Origin: Podarcis filfolensis
Lineage: Eukaryota
Direction: 5' to 3' (one strand)
DNA: 64,000 nt
Assembly (NCBI GenBank): GCA_964270895.1
Contig: OZ185444.1
Shown: in pieces, positions 12,783 through 64,000 of the stretch
How the letters are laid out: the number at the start of each line of letters is the position of its first letter
How positions within the stretch are numbered: position 1 is the first letter of the stretch
The notes under the pieces: generated by a model
Told to the model about the DNA's origin: nothing
The model's input: the letters and a program-made list of their open reading frames with translations, nothing else
Databases searched by the model: none
Program-made: the position numbers and the translations under genes

Positions 12783-64000
<51,218 letters not shown>

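Overview
Eukaryotic genomic DNA from a squamate reptile. Sauria-type SINEs suggest a lizard, possibly a lacertid (inference). The window holds almost all of one + strand gene, MYH9 (non-muscle myosin heavy chain IIA). It begins inside the large first intron; no promoter, CpG island or non-coding exon 1 is visible. Coding exons 2-41 (human numbering) follow from the ATG at 12779 to the window edge, which cuts the last exon before the stop codon. I assembled all 40 coding exons by hand. Each has AG/GT boundaries and compatible phases, giving 5821 nt of uninterrupted frame (about 1940 codons: motor, IQ neck, coiled-coil rod, start of the tailpiece). Extra features are a 63-nt in-frame cassette exon in actin-binding loop 2 and a U12-type (minor spliceosome) intron between exons 7 and 8 that contains a Tc1/mariner-like MITE. 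Introns also carry four Sauria SINEs, other tRNA-derived SINEs, hAT-like MITEs, short palindromic repeats, LINE-tail fragments and microsatellites. The most unusual unexplained structures are a ~145-bp direct-repeat pair with conserved stems in intron 1 and a concentric double inverted-SINE arrangement of about 2 kb in intron 2. Most ORFs in the supplied track are spurious or are exons read on into introns. Comparisons with human and chicken proteins, and repeat family names, are from memory, not from a search.
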